Assembly (NCBI GenBank): GCA_950097015.1
Contig: CATNEN010000024.1
Coordinates: forward strand, 5,208,001-5,272,000
DNA: 64,000 nt
Source of the DNA: Macrostomum hystrix
Taxonomy: Eukaryota; Animalia; Platyhelminthes
Reading direction: 5' to 3'
Shown: piece after piece, positions 37,159-48,370 of the stretch
Position numbering within the stretch: the stretch's first letter is position 1
Layout of the letters: the number at the start of each line of letters is the position of its first letter
The notes under the pieces: model-generated
Database searches by the model: none
Seen by the model: the letters and a program-made list of their open reading frames with translations, nothing else
What the model was told of the DNA's origin: nothing
Position numbers and translations under genes: made by a program

Positions 37159-39501
37159 TTAGGAAGCTGGCCCGCCTTCCCCGCTAGACTGATCCCCGCC
37201 GAAGCTCTTAGTCTTGGAGACCAGCATCTCAGCGATGAGGGTGTTGCGAGGAATTTTACCGGTGCGCAATTTATCAGTGAGGTAGCACTCTAGCTTGAAG
37301 GCCAGGTACTTGATCTCAGGCAGGCGGAGCAGTATCTTGCCAAATTTGTCTGCGTGCTGCGGCGACTTCTCCAGGATGTAGTCCATTAATGAGCAGCTGA
37401 TTTTGAATTCCACGGTGTTGACAAAGTCGGCGTTCTGCTTCAGTATGATGTCTGCGGGTTATCATTCAGAATGTTTTCTTAATGTGGTGCTGGTGTAGCA
37501 TTAGAATCTGGGAAGGTATTAATGAAACCTGAGGATCTGAGAAGGCATTAGTGAAACCTAAGTATCTGGGAAGGCATTAGTGAAACCTAAGGATCTGTGA
37601 AGGCATTGATGAAATCTGAGGATCAGGGAAGACATTGGTGAAATCTGAGGATCTGGGAAGGCATTAGGGAGACCTGAGGATCTGGGAAGGCATTAGTGAA
37701 ACCTAAGGATCTGTGAAGGCATTGATGAAATCTGAGGATCAGGGAAGACATTGGTGAAATCTGAGGATCTGGGAAGGCATTAGTGAAACCTGAGAATCTG
37801 GGAAGAGAGTGAGAGCTGAGGATCTGGGAAGAGAGTGAGACCTGAGGATCTGGGAAGAGAGTGAGACCTGAGGATCTGGGAAGAGAGTGAGACCTGAGGA
37901 TCTGGGAAGAGAGTGAGACCTGAGAATCTGGGAAGAGAGTGAAACCTGAGAATCTGGGAAGAGAGTGAGACCTGAGGATCTGGGAAGGAAGTGAAACCTG
38001 AGGATCTGGGAAAGTGTTGGCCGAACCTGAGATCAGCAAGGTTAATATCGCAAAAATTGTCCAAAAAACAATTGAGCTAGCGTACCGTGCTTCCCTGCAT
38101 TGAACATAAGCAGAAATTTGAGGGCTGCAAATTCGCACTTGTCCAACTGCAGACTCTGTACCCGTTCGATTAAGTCCATTAGGCGAACTTTCACTTCTGA
38201 CAGGTCCAATAGGTCGAGAATGTCGGCAGAGTGCTGCAGATGAGATGAGTACTGCAGGTGCGGATACGGGAGGGCGTTTATCGATACGGTTTGGGCAATG
38301 GTTATAGATGCCTAAACAGCAAGCTGTGAAAGAACTCACCCAAGATGACACAATAGATTCAATGCGATTGTCGTGGACGCAATGATATAGATATTCTAGC
38401 AATAGGATCTCGCCCCAGCTACTGTTTAATAGCTGCATTTGGTCCTCAACCTGAATTAGAAAGTTGCAGATTAAATTATCATGTATTACATGATTACTTA
38501 AATAGATCGGGATTCAGGAACTTTTCTGACGCATGGACTAAACCATTTCACTCACCGACACCACTTTGAAATAATCGGCATTTCTGGCCCAATCAACCAG
38601 AGTGAAGAGCGCCTGCTCGAGGAAGAAGCAGAGATTGTGAAACAGGCCCTCAGGATCAGTCAAGCTAGGTATTAGCTGCTTCTCAACAAAGTCGCTAATA
38701 CTGTCCAATTTTTTGCTGGCTTTAGCGTCGTAGGCTGTGATTCGTTCCATGATGACGCGGGTTGTTTCGCCACCTGCAGCGGCGGCGGCTGCAGCAGCGG
38801 CAGCGTCAGCCCCGCTTAGCTGCGGAAGCTGCGACGACTGTGGCATCTGCTGATGATGCACCAGTGGGTGCTGTTGCTGCTGCTGATGCTGTTGATGATG
38901 CTGCTGCTGTTGGTGATGACCAAGGTTGGGCATTGCCAGTATCTGCTGTTGTCCAACAGAGCCTAGAGCAGCGGGCAGCCGGTTCATCTGCTGGGCTAGA
39001 TTCGGCTTGACATCGGAGACTCCAGCAGCGCCAGAGAGTGCGGCAGCACCGGGAAAGAAAGCAGGGCCTCCACCGCCGCTGTGCAGCGCTTGATTGGCGG
39101 CCTCCCAGGCCTGCTGCGGCGCGCCCGGAAAGGCGACCGCCGCGGCTGCGGCGGCTGCTGCAGCTGCGGCCGCGGCAGACGAATTGACGGAGACTCCGTG
39201 ACCACCGCCGCCGCCGCCAGCTCCGTGATGCCCCATGCCGGCGGCTTGGCTAAGAGCCGGATGTGCAGCCAAGCTTGGGAACATGGCCTGAGAGCCGAAT
39301 GCCACACTGTGCGGCCCGTGCTGATTGGTCGAGTGCGGAGGCAGCGCATGCGGCGGCGGGGCGGCAGCGTGGGACGGATGGGACGGGCCGCCGAAGCCGG
39401 CAAGCATGTGCGCCCGGCTGTCCATGAGCGAGGCGCCGGCTGCACCCGGCTCTGATTTAAAATTCATTGGACTGCACCGACCGACTTTAATCAATGTGCT
39501 T
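37159..39501 (-). CDS. ftz-f1: NR5A/FTZ-F1 nuclear receptor: low-complexity hinge plus ligand-binding domain (exons about 39501-38556, 38450-38340, ~38237-38086, 37451-37159); DBD not found
   Basis: LFTLVDWARNADYFKVVS|VEDQMQLLNSSWGEILLLEYLYH, LQLDKCEFAALKFLLMFN and AF-2 NTLIAEMLVSK resemble the FTZ-F1/NR5A LBD; GT-AG phases are consistent (the exon-3 acceptor is ambiguous). Confidence 0.88.
37505..38030. repeat. 26-29-bp minisatellite in the last NR5A intron
   Basis: Units CCTGAGGATCTGGGAAG(GCATTAGTGAAA/AGAGTGAGA). Confidence 0.88.
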
Positions 39502-40347
39502 CTGTAGCAAAGCTTTATTCACTATGTAAAATACCTAATTAATGTAATTATGGTTTTTAGATGCTCAAAGTCTGTTGGCTATTCTTAGAGATTTCAAAAA
39601 GCGAGCAGAAATTTCAAGCCACCCAGAGATGCCCCGCTTGTGTGTTCTTAAGTGGCCTGCGCCAGCCACTGCCTGAAATATGGTGATTTAATTGGCTGGA
39701 GTAGAAAAGGCTTAAATCAAACAAATCAAATCATTCTAGGTAGGAGTAAATTTAAAAAGCTAGGAACTAGTATTTACAAAAATAGACACAAAGCTGATTT
39801 ATTTATTTGCTTACAGAGGGGAATTATATATTTTTATAAGAAATGCTAGGACTTTCAATTTTTATATCTGAAGTAAAAACTCTTAGAACTGATGTTGTTT
39901 TGCACAAAAAGTGTTTGTTAACCAATGTAAATATAACAAAGAGTAATAAAAACTTTTACTAATAGCAGCAAAAATAAATGGCAAAATTTTTCTCAATTTG
40001 AAAACTTTTGTGTAATAGTTATGTTATAAAATACACTACAATTTACAGTTCATGGATTAGACTAATAGGAACCCAGAAAATATTGGCAAAGACTTTGGAC
40101 ACTAATAATTATTATAATAACAAATAATAAGAGACATTGGGTTTTGGCTGCAGCTATAACCTTGACAAGTGCTATAAAAAGAAGTTATCCAAATTAGTAA
40201 TAAAATTAAGATAAGAAGAAAAGTCCATGTAAACATCGCAATGGACTCCAATCAGACTGCAATGGATCAATACTCATAATATATAGAGGGTTAGCTGAAG
40301 TTCTGACTTAGTTAAAACTAATTTACTTAAGTTAGTTCAAACAAACA

Positions 40348-40668
40348 GGGGTTGGTTGCAGAGCAGTTAATGTGTTGCCCCTTGCTCTACAGACCTTAAG
40401 TTTGATTCCTGGTGAGGCCACATTTATTTAGGATGCAGCAGCAGAAAGAAGGCTTAGGGGATTGTCATGCAATTTATAGCCTTGAGGGTCAACCTCTAAG
40501 GCCCAGTTACACACCTGTGTGAGCATATGCCTCCATATAATATCTGAATGCATGTGTTTAGGAGTCAGCAAAATGGGCAGAATTGCCTCCTTGCTGGCTA
40601 TGGATCTAGTGTCAATTAATGATGTGCCATTGCCTACAGCCCTCCTGAAATTAAAATTATTATTATTA
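40348..40668 (+). mobile_element. SINE family B, old copy with no CpG left
   Basis: Colinear with family B (GCAGAGCAGTTAATGTG... vs GCAGAGCGGTTAACGCG...), with an (ATT)n tail. Confidence 0.8.
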
Positions 40669-41397
40669 GTTTAAACAAACAAATTAGTTCTTTAACCTGT
40701 ACACTGTAGAATAAGCTGAGGCCAAGGCCAAGCTACAATGCCCATATATTATAAAAATATTTATTTAAATTATATTTGTCCTGCTTTTCATATTGCTTTT
40801 GCAGGACAATACTTTGCTAAACTGAATAATATGCATGTCCTATGGTGTAAAATCTACAATCATATACTTGTAGTTGCAACTGTTTGCTTCAATAATTCTT
40901 GAAGTGCATATCTGTATATACAATATACCCAATTGGATTTTTTAAAGAGAGTTCATCCACAAATGCTGGGAGCTAAAAATGGTTGGCTCAAAAGAGTAGT
41001 CTACCAAGACAACAACAGCTTTGGCCTGTGCATCCCTATAGGAAAAATGGCATTGGGGACCTCCTCTCATCCATGGAGCAAGTCAGAGCTATGGCAGTCT
41101 TGGTATGTGGCAGTCTTGGTCATGCCCTGATAAAATAATATGACAAATTAATTGCATGTAGTTCTACTGACCATTGCAGTTCTTTTGAGGTCAGTTGCTG
41201 TCCAATTCAGTCCATAGTGGTAGTTTAGTTGATTGACAAAAAAGTTCTAATTTTAGTTTAAGTTATAGATGAAATTTTTTAAGTTTTAAATAAGTTAAGA
41301 CTAAGTTTAGAGATTGAAAAAAAATTGGATAAAATGGAAATTTCTATTTCAAACAGGTAATTTAAATTTATGCTTTAATTTAAAATAGAATATAAAC

Positions 41398-42082
41398 CAT
41401 AGTCAGGAAGGTGTCCGTACGCCGGAATTTTCCGGCGTACATCAGCCCCCCCCCAAAAAAAATGGTGTACAGTTTCGCGTACATGCGGTCTGAAAAATGG
41501 CGTACAGAGTTCTTGGCGTACACAACACAGTTTTCGCATGCAAAAATCTGTCCAAAAATCGGCCTACAATATTTGCATGTGATTGGCGTAAGAACAAAAG
41601 TTTAAAAAACCTGCAAACAACCCAATTACTTCAACAAAGTATTGTATATTGTTCAATTTAAGTGAATTGGTAAATCTATTTTCATCTTTAAAATGCTGAA
41701 ATTACGTAAATTTTGAATCTGATTTATTGTTAACAAAACTTTACTAAAGTTTTGTGTAAGTCAGTTATTTATTTTAACTTATTAACTAATTCTGTACAAT
41801 AATTACTTTAGTATTATAGATTTCTTCACGTTACAACAGATGACATACAGGTAAGTTAAGTTTTAAGTTGCAAATTTCGCGCATTTGCAGTTTTATTTTA
41901 TTACATTTGTTGCACTATAAATTGCAGCGTTTTTGGGTCCTCAATTTTGGCGTACGCTTTTTTGGGCAATTCAATTTTGGCATACGTCAAAAAGCGCTTT
42001 TTTAGGGCTTTTCAATTTTGGCGTACACAACATTTTTTCTTAATTTTCATTCCGGCGTACACTGGACACCTTCCTGACTATG
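41398..42082. mobile_element. Non-autonomous DNA transposon (685 bp) with ~30-bp TIRs
   Basis: CATAGTCAGGAAGGTGTCC..GTACGCCGGAA / TTCCGGCGTAC..GGACACCTTCCTGACTATG; flanked by GAATATAAAC (10-bp TSD, or 8-bp AATATAAA if the TIR is one base longer). Confidence 0.9.
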
Positions 42083-42858
42083 GAATATAAACAGTGAAAT
42101 AAATACCTTAAAGTTTAGAGGCTTAATTAAAAATCTAAAAATTCAAAATAAAAATATAATTTAGTATCATCGCAACATTAATTAAATAAAATGTTTATTC
42201 TTAGTTTCAAAAGTGTGAGATAAACTTTTGCTGGAATAAATTTTATACTATATCTATATACTCACTATGAAAATAACTGTAGCAGTAGCACAAAGCCTAT
42301 TATGCCCGTAACTGCAGTAAAACTAACAATAGACAGAGATAAGTAAAGCAAGCCAGTTATGACTGTTTGATACTGGTGAGTCATCTAATCTAATGGAAAT
42401 GCTGAATTATGACATGTGACATGTCTAAAACTAGAAAATAAATAATGTGATGGAGCATGATCTAAACAAGAGTAATGATTAAAAGCGAAAAAAAATAGCT
42501 TACACAAAATACAAGAAAGCTACCTAGTTATCAAGCTACTGAATGTAAAGTTAAACGTCGCCTAATATTAATTAAATACTTTGTTGGTCAACAAGAAGCT
42601 TTTATCTAGGAAACGCATTTTAAACCGTCGCAGCAAAAATTTATTATTATATAACAAAGATATATAAAATAGAATGTTATAAAATTTAAAAATCGAAAAA
42701 ACTTTAATAAAATATACTTTACTTTAAAAAAATCAACGTTTTTATTTCTAATTGTCTAATTGTTACTTTTCTTTTCTAAAGCCGGTAATATATAATCGAA
42801 AATGTAACACTGTTGTTTTTTAATGTAGCATTCATTTTCGTACTGTTTGAAAATTAAG

Positions 42859-43030
42859 AGCGTGGAATTTAGAAGTCGGCAAAGACTACTTTAAGAAAAA
42901 GATCTCTTTATAGTACTTAAAATTAAAAGTACTATAGAGAGAACTAATAGTTCGTTTAACTTAGAATTAAAAGTACTATAAAGAGATATTTATCTTAAAG
43001 TAGTCTTTGCCGATTTTTAGATTCCACGCT
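42859..43030. mobile_element. Hairpin/MITE-like palindrome
   Basis: AGCGTGGAAT..TCGGCAAAGACTACTTTAAG..CTCTTTATAGTACTT is inverted at the right end; no clear TSD. Confidence 0.65.
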
Positions 43031-43695
43031 TGGTGGATATAAGACAGATTTCATTACATGTGAATCAGTAAGTTTTTATACATGAAGATATAATACTTTT
43101 AAGCAAATCGCATGTACAGAATAAATCTAATTGTGATTGTTTAAAGAGAAAAATCACTCTTAACACATTGAAATGTACCGACATTATGTAAAGTCTTGAA
43201 GAAATATATCCATGCAGACAAAGTGCCTCCACTGAGGTAGAGTCGCGGACTTAACGATGGTGCAGAGGAAGCCGATGCCCAAATGCCACAGAAGTCTCAA
43301 ACAACTAATCAAATAGCGATATGCGGTCGACTACATATGGTCTCTTGCTGGAATCATTTGCCTGCAGGTGTTGATTATAATTCTAAAAAAATAAATAATA
43401 ACTCTGCACATGCACATACATTTAATCAGTTTTCAGTTACCGTCCTGTATTAAAACTTGAAATTAATTTCTATCAGAAAGATGACATAGATCCTTTCTGG
43501 TCTACCGACAGATCATCTAGCATTTCCGAGAATCTCACTGTCAACTAAAAGCCTATATAAAGCGCTGCTCATTGTCATGGACCAATGTAAGGTCCCACAA
43601 TATATAAAAAAGGAAACAATGCATCACTCCATTTTTTTCAATTTACCTCGGTGCTGAGAATGGTATTTAGAGGCCTACTTAAAGAGTGCTTTGAA

Positions 43696-45027
43696 CTAGG
43701 CACAATGAGCATCCGTGTCAACGGGTAGCGAGGCGATACGCTGCAGCAGCAGGCTGCCTAGGCCAGAATCCATCGCCTTGCGCGCACTTTCGGCTAGCTG
43801 TAGCAGCAAGTTGTGGCATGATGCGGCAAACCGCGATCGGATTGTCAGCCTGTAGGCGCTGCCAAAACGCGACGCTTCCTCCGCGATGATGCTGGCGCCG
43901 CAGCTGTGACATTTGCGTCTCAGCGGCTGCTGGCCGGACAACAGTAGCCGGCTGGTTCTCTGATCGCATGGCAGACAAACGCGAAAGAGCGACCTCTCGG
44001 CGGCTACCAAATCGACAATCAGGGGCCCGGAGGTCATGTTGCTCAACAGCTGGTCCGCTGTGGATTCGGCGACACGGGCGGCGGCTGCCTGAGACACGTC
44101 AGTGCCCTTGGTGGCAAGGCGAACACAACCGGCTAAGAGACGGTCGGCAAGGTCAGCGGACCACTCAGTAAAGACGCTGACAGCCTTGGTAAGTACATGC
44201 CATTTTTCGACCGTGCTGTCGATCATTTCCTGTGCGCAATAGCTCATTGTGAGCAGTTCAGCAGTCTTTACTTTGGCTACGGCGCAAATTGCATATTCAG
44301 TAAGACGAAGCCGTTGCAGGAGAAGTTCAGTCGCCAACTCCATCATGATTCTGGGCCAGGGTTCTGTAACATCTTTGCCAGGCTTTTGTTGCTTCTGCTG
44401 CACCGATTGTTGCTTATGCTGCTTCTGATGTGGCGGCGGTGCTGTTTGGCGATGCATTCTAGGCGCAGAGCTGTAGCCGCGGACAGACTTGGTGTGAGTG
44501 CGTAGCTTGAAGCATGCCGCACAGCCGCCACTGACTTTTTCATTGTCCCCAGTCCAGTCGCTGCCGTTTCGACTGTCGATGGGGCCGAGACAGATGTTCG
44601 TCAGTTGCAGTCGAACGCAAATTTGTTTCAATGCTCCTATAAATTTAGCGTGTGCTCCAGCGCCGCCGCCACCACCGCTCGCTTGGTCAGTGTTGTATTC
44701 AACGCTGAAAGTCAGCAGGCCGTCTGGCACGATGTAATCTGGTGTTGGCACTCTGCGAAGCTGGCAGCCGATCTGCGCTTTCAGAAGCGGCGCCTCAGTG
44801 CCGAGCACGCAGACCAGGTTGGGCAGGCTGCTCGGGATGACGAATAGAAACTGGTAGACGGTGCTGTGCTTGCCGGGCCCGTCGACGGTCCGGCAATAAA
44901 GCTCCAGCCAGTGCAGGTGCTGCTGCCTGAGGAGGCTGTTCAGGTAGGCCGGGGAGCAAAAGTCCAGTCGGAAGGCGACTTGAGTTGAGCTCTGTCTCGT
45001 CTGCTCAAGCCGTTTATCGCTGCTCAT
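43696..45027 (-). CDS. Hypothetical intronless protein (443 aa), family not recognised
   Basis: Long GC-rich ORF in AT-rich surroundings; ATG start; contains CAAC, CLPC and CHSC pairs. Confidence 0.65.
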   Translation of the reverse strand: MSSDKRLEQTRQSSTQVAFRLDFCSPAYLNSLLRQQHLHWLELYCRTVDGPGKHSTVYQFLFVIPSSLPNLVCVLGTEAPLLKAQIGCQLRRVPTPDYIVPDGLLTFSVEYNTDQASGGGGGAGAHAKFIGALKQICVRLQLTNICLGPIDSRNGSDWTGDNEKVSGGCAACFKLRTHTKSVRGYSSAPRMHRQTAPPPHQKQHKQQSVQQKQQKPGKDVTEPWPRIMMELATELLLQRLRLTEYAICAVAKVKTAELLTMSYCAQEMIDSTVEKWHVLTKAVSVFTEWSADLADRLLAGCVRLATKGTDVSQAAAARVAESTADQLLSNMTSGPLIVDLVAAERSLFRVCLPCDQRTSRLLLSGQQPLRRKCHSCGASIIAEEASRFGSAYRLTIRSRFAASCHNLLLQLAESARKAMDSGLGSLLLQRIASLPVDTDAHCA

Positions 45028-46149
45028 TATAGCCTAGGTTTGGTTTCCTGTAGAATTGTATATAAAAAATCTCGGTCCTCAAACATCTTGCACAAGCTAA
45101 GTTTTTGCTATTTTTTTTCTTTTTGTCCAAGAAGAACACCAGAAATTGTCTCTGGCAAAAAATCGTTAGAAATAAGAAACATAACGTTTTTGCTAATTCC
45201 GCTTTTACAAACACGGGTACCTTGCACTACCATGACTATGACTATTTTTGAACGTACACACCATTTACATGGAACAATTAAACCACTTTAAAGTCACTTT
45301 CTTGAAGGTTATTGACATAGATTTTTATTTGTGCGGGATTTAAGAAACCACTTTCCCGGATATATTCCGGGCTTGTTGCAAGTTTAACTGGCAAACAACT
45401 TTTGCCATAGACAACAATCAAACAATCAAACAGACATGTAAAAGAGCGCTGAAACAGTTTTAACAAAGTACATAGCATACACTTCAAGTAAAGACTTCCT
45501 TTATAGACTTAATGCCAGTGTAATAAATTTACCCCAATTAATTGTTGATGGTTACATTACAGTCCTTGAAGTTGAAATTGATCACCTGGCCTCGGCCCGT
45601 ACGCTGAACGACAGTCTCTAGACTTTTTCCATCCAAAATTGCACTGCATTTTTCGATTTGGACATCAGACGTTCGTTTGTAGCATCGCAGTGCAGTTAGA
45701 CTTGGATGTCCTGTTCTCTCCATGATGAGCTGTTCATCCACGTTTGCCTGTGACAAACGGGTGGCACATGTTGCACACAGGCTGTGATTAGTCACTCGTC
45801 CAATGATTCCTGCCTCGGTGCACATTTCCTTCATGAATCCGCATAGCTTGTTTTTGCCAATAGGCCTATTTGCGAACCACTTAACACCGGGCTTGGCCAA
45901 CGGTTGCAGATAGAAACGGGTCGCTCCTGCTGGACGCTTGGGTAAAAACTCTTCAAATAGGCTCACATGCCACCTAGTTGAATTGGTAGACTCAAAGTGG
46001 ACAACCACCTTTGGTTTAATTCTTGTGTGACTGCAGCCAACCCACCAGCGTTGGTCTTTGAAACATGTAATGGTTCCCCGATACATATTCAGATTTATAT
46101 TCGAAATATAACAAACACTCTGGCTCTGTCCTACCAAATCACATGAAAA

Positions 46150-47455
46150 TTTACAGTCGTCGAACAGCAAGCGAGTTTTCAGTGCATATCAAATTTGGAG
46201 TCGTTTCGTAGTACAGTTCAAAAGTTATTCACGTCTGAACTGTGCTCGCCTATCTCCGCAATGCATTTATATGCAATCTTAGATGCCATATTTATATTCA
46301 GAGTAGAGCCACTTTCGCTGCACCAATTTCAACCAAACTTTACAGTCGTCGAACAGCAAGCGAGTTTTCAGTGCATATCAAATTTGGAGTCGTTTCGTAG
46401 TACAGTTCAAAAGTTATTCACGTCTGAACTGTGCTCGCCTATCTCCGCAATGCATTTATATGCAATCTTAGATGCCATATTTATATTCAGAGTAGAGCCA
46501 CTTTCGCTGCACCAATTTCAACCAAACTTTACAGTCGTCGAACAGCAAGCGAGTTTTCAGTGCATATCAAATTTGGAGTCGTTTCGTAGTACAGTTCAAA
46601 AGTTATTCACGTCTGAACTGTGCTCGCCTATCTCCGCAATGCATTTATATGCAATCTTAGATGCCATATTTATATTCAGAGTAGAGCCACTTTCGCTGCA
46701 CCAATTTCAACCAAACTTTACAGTCGTCGAACAGCAAGCGAGTTTTCAGTGCATATCAAATTTGGAGTCGTTTCGTAGTACAGTTCAAAAGTTATTCACG
46801 TCTGAACTGTGCTCGCCTATCTCCGCAATGCATTTATATGCAATCTTAGATGCCATATTTATATTCAGAGTAGAGCCACTTTCGCTGCACCAATTTCAAC
46901 CAAACTTTACAGTCGTCGAACAGCAAGCGAGTTTTCAGTGCATATCAAATTTGGAGTCGTTTCGTAGTACAGTTCAAAAGTTATTTACGTCTGAACTGTG
47001 CTCGCCTATCTCCGCAATGCATTTATATGCAATCTTAGATGCCATATTTATATTCAGAGTAGAGCCACTTTCGCTGCACCAATTTCAACCAAACTTTACA
47101 GTCGTCGAACAGCAAGCGAGTTTTCAGTGCATATCAAATTTGGAGTCGGTTCGTAGAACGGTTCAAAAGTTATTCACGTCTGAACTGTGCTCGCCTATCT
47201 CCGCAATGCATTTATATGCAATCTTAGATGCCATATTTATATTCAGAGTAGAGCCACTTTCGCTGCACCAATTTCAAACAAACTTTACAGTCGTCGAACA
47301 GCAAGCGAGTTTTCAGTGCATATCAAATTTGGAGTCGTTTCGTAGTACAGTTCAAAAGTTATTCACGTCTGAACTGTGCTCGCCTATCTCCGCAATGCAT
47401 TTATATGCAATCTTAGATGCCATATTTATATTCAGAGTAGAGCCACTTTCGCTGC
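46150..47455 (+). repeat. 189-bp tandem array, left arm (about 7 units)
   Basis: 63-codon periodicity in ORF 46195..47484. Confidence 0.95.
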
Positions 47456-48370
47456 TCAACTTTACTGTCTTCGAACAGCCCTGATCAATGAAATGTTTTT
47501 GCATGCTTCATTAATTTCCTATGACATGCGAGACACAAACGCTTTGTTGGTGAGTGGAAAGAAAACTAAACCTCTTAAAAGTTCTACGAGGCCACTATAG
47601 AATGAAATTCAACATGCAAAACTTTGAAATTATTGAGACGCTATCGAATTATCGATTGGTGTGAACTTCACACTTTAATTCACACAGAAAGTCTGCAGAG
47701 TTTCGAGGCGTCGGACATACAGTCTTTCTCTTTAAAAATGAAGAGACTGTGGCTCTACTGGTATAGTCTATGGGCGTAAACAAGATGTCAAAGGCTATTG
47801 AGCCCAGTCCTTTTTACTGTACTTGCACTTTACCAGCATATTTGTCTTTAAATTCTGTCTAGATCGCCTTTTCTTAATCCTAAATTCTTGCTATCACAGA
47901 AGATTTCTCTTGCGAAATAGCGTCGAAAGTGAATCTGCGATTTAGCTGTACGATTATTGTTCTGCGTTAATTTAAATATTGCAATTGTTTGTTCTTTTAT
48001 ATTTAGCTAGAGCGCTATGAATTGCGTTTTTTTAATGCTTTTTTGCTTTTTCCTCTGCATATATACAAGTACTTGTCTGCCATCTGTCGAAGAGGTGAGT
48101 TTTTTATACCGAAATATTACTCGGGCGTGGTGGAGAGGGCCACTCTATAGTAGTCAGAAGACCGACGCCCCAAAAAGTGCAGCAGTTATAGCTAACTCTG
48201 TTACTGTTACGTATGTTTAACGCAAGCCCTGATAGAATGCACCTTCCCATAAGATATCGTGCAGTGACACCGGCAAGCCCTCAATGCTGTTATTATCTAT
48301 TATTTGTTATTTTATTCAGTAAAAAGTAAACAAGAGGTTCATTGTACGAATTTAAATATCAAATTAACAG

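Noticed and set aside
40940-41130. Possible RTE-LINE 3' remnant on the minus strand (MDERR..P..IF..RPKL-like)
   Set aside because: Too degenerate to support by eye.
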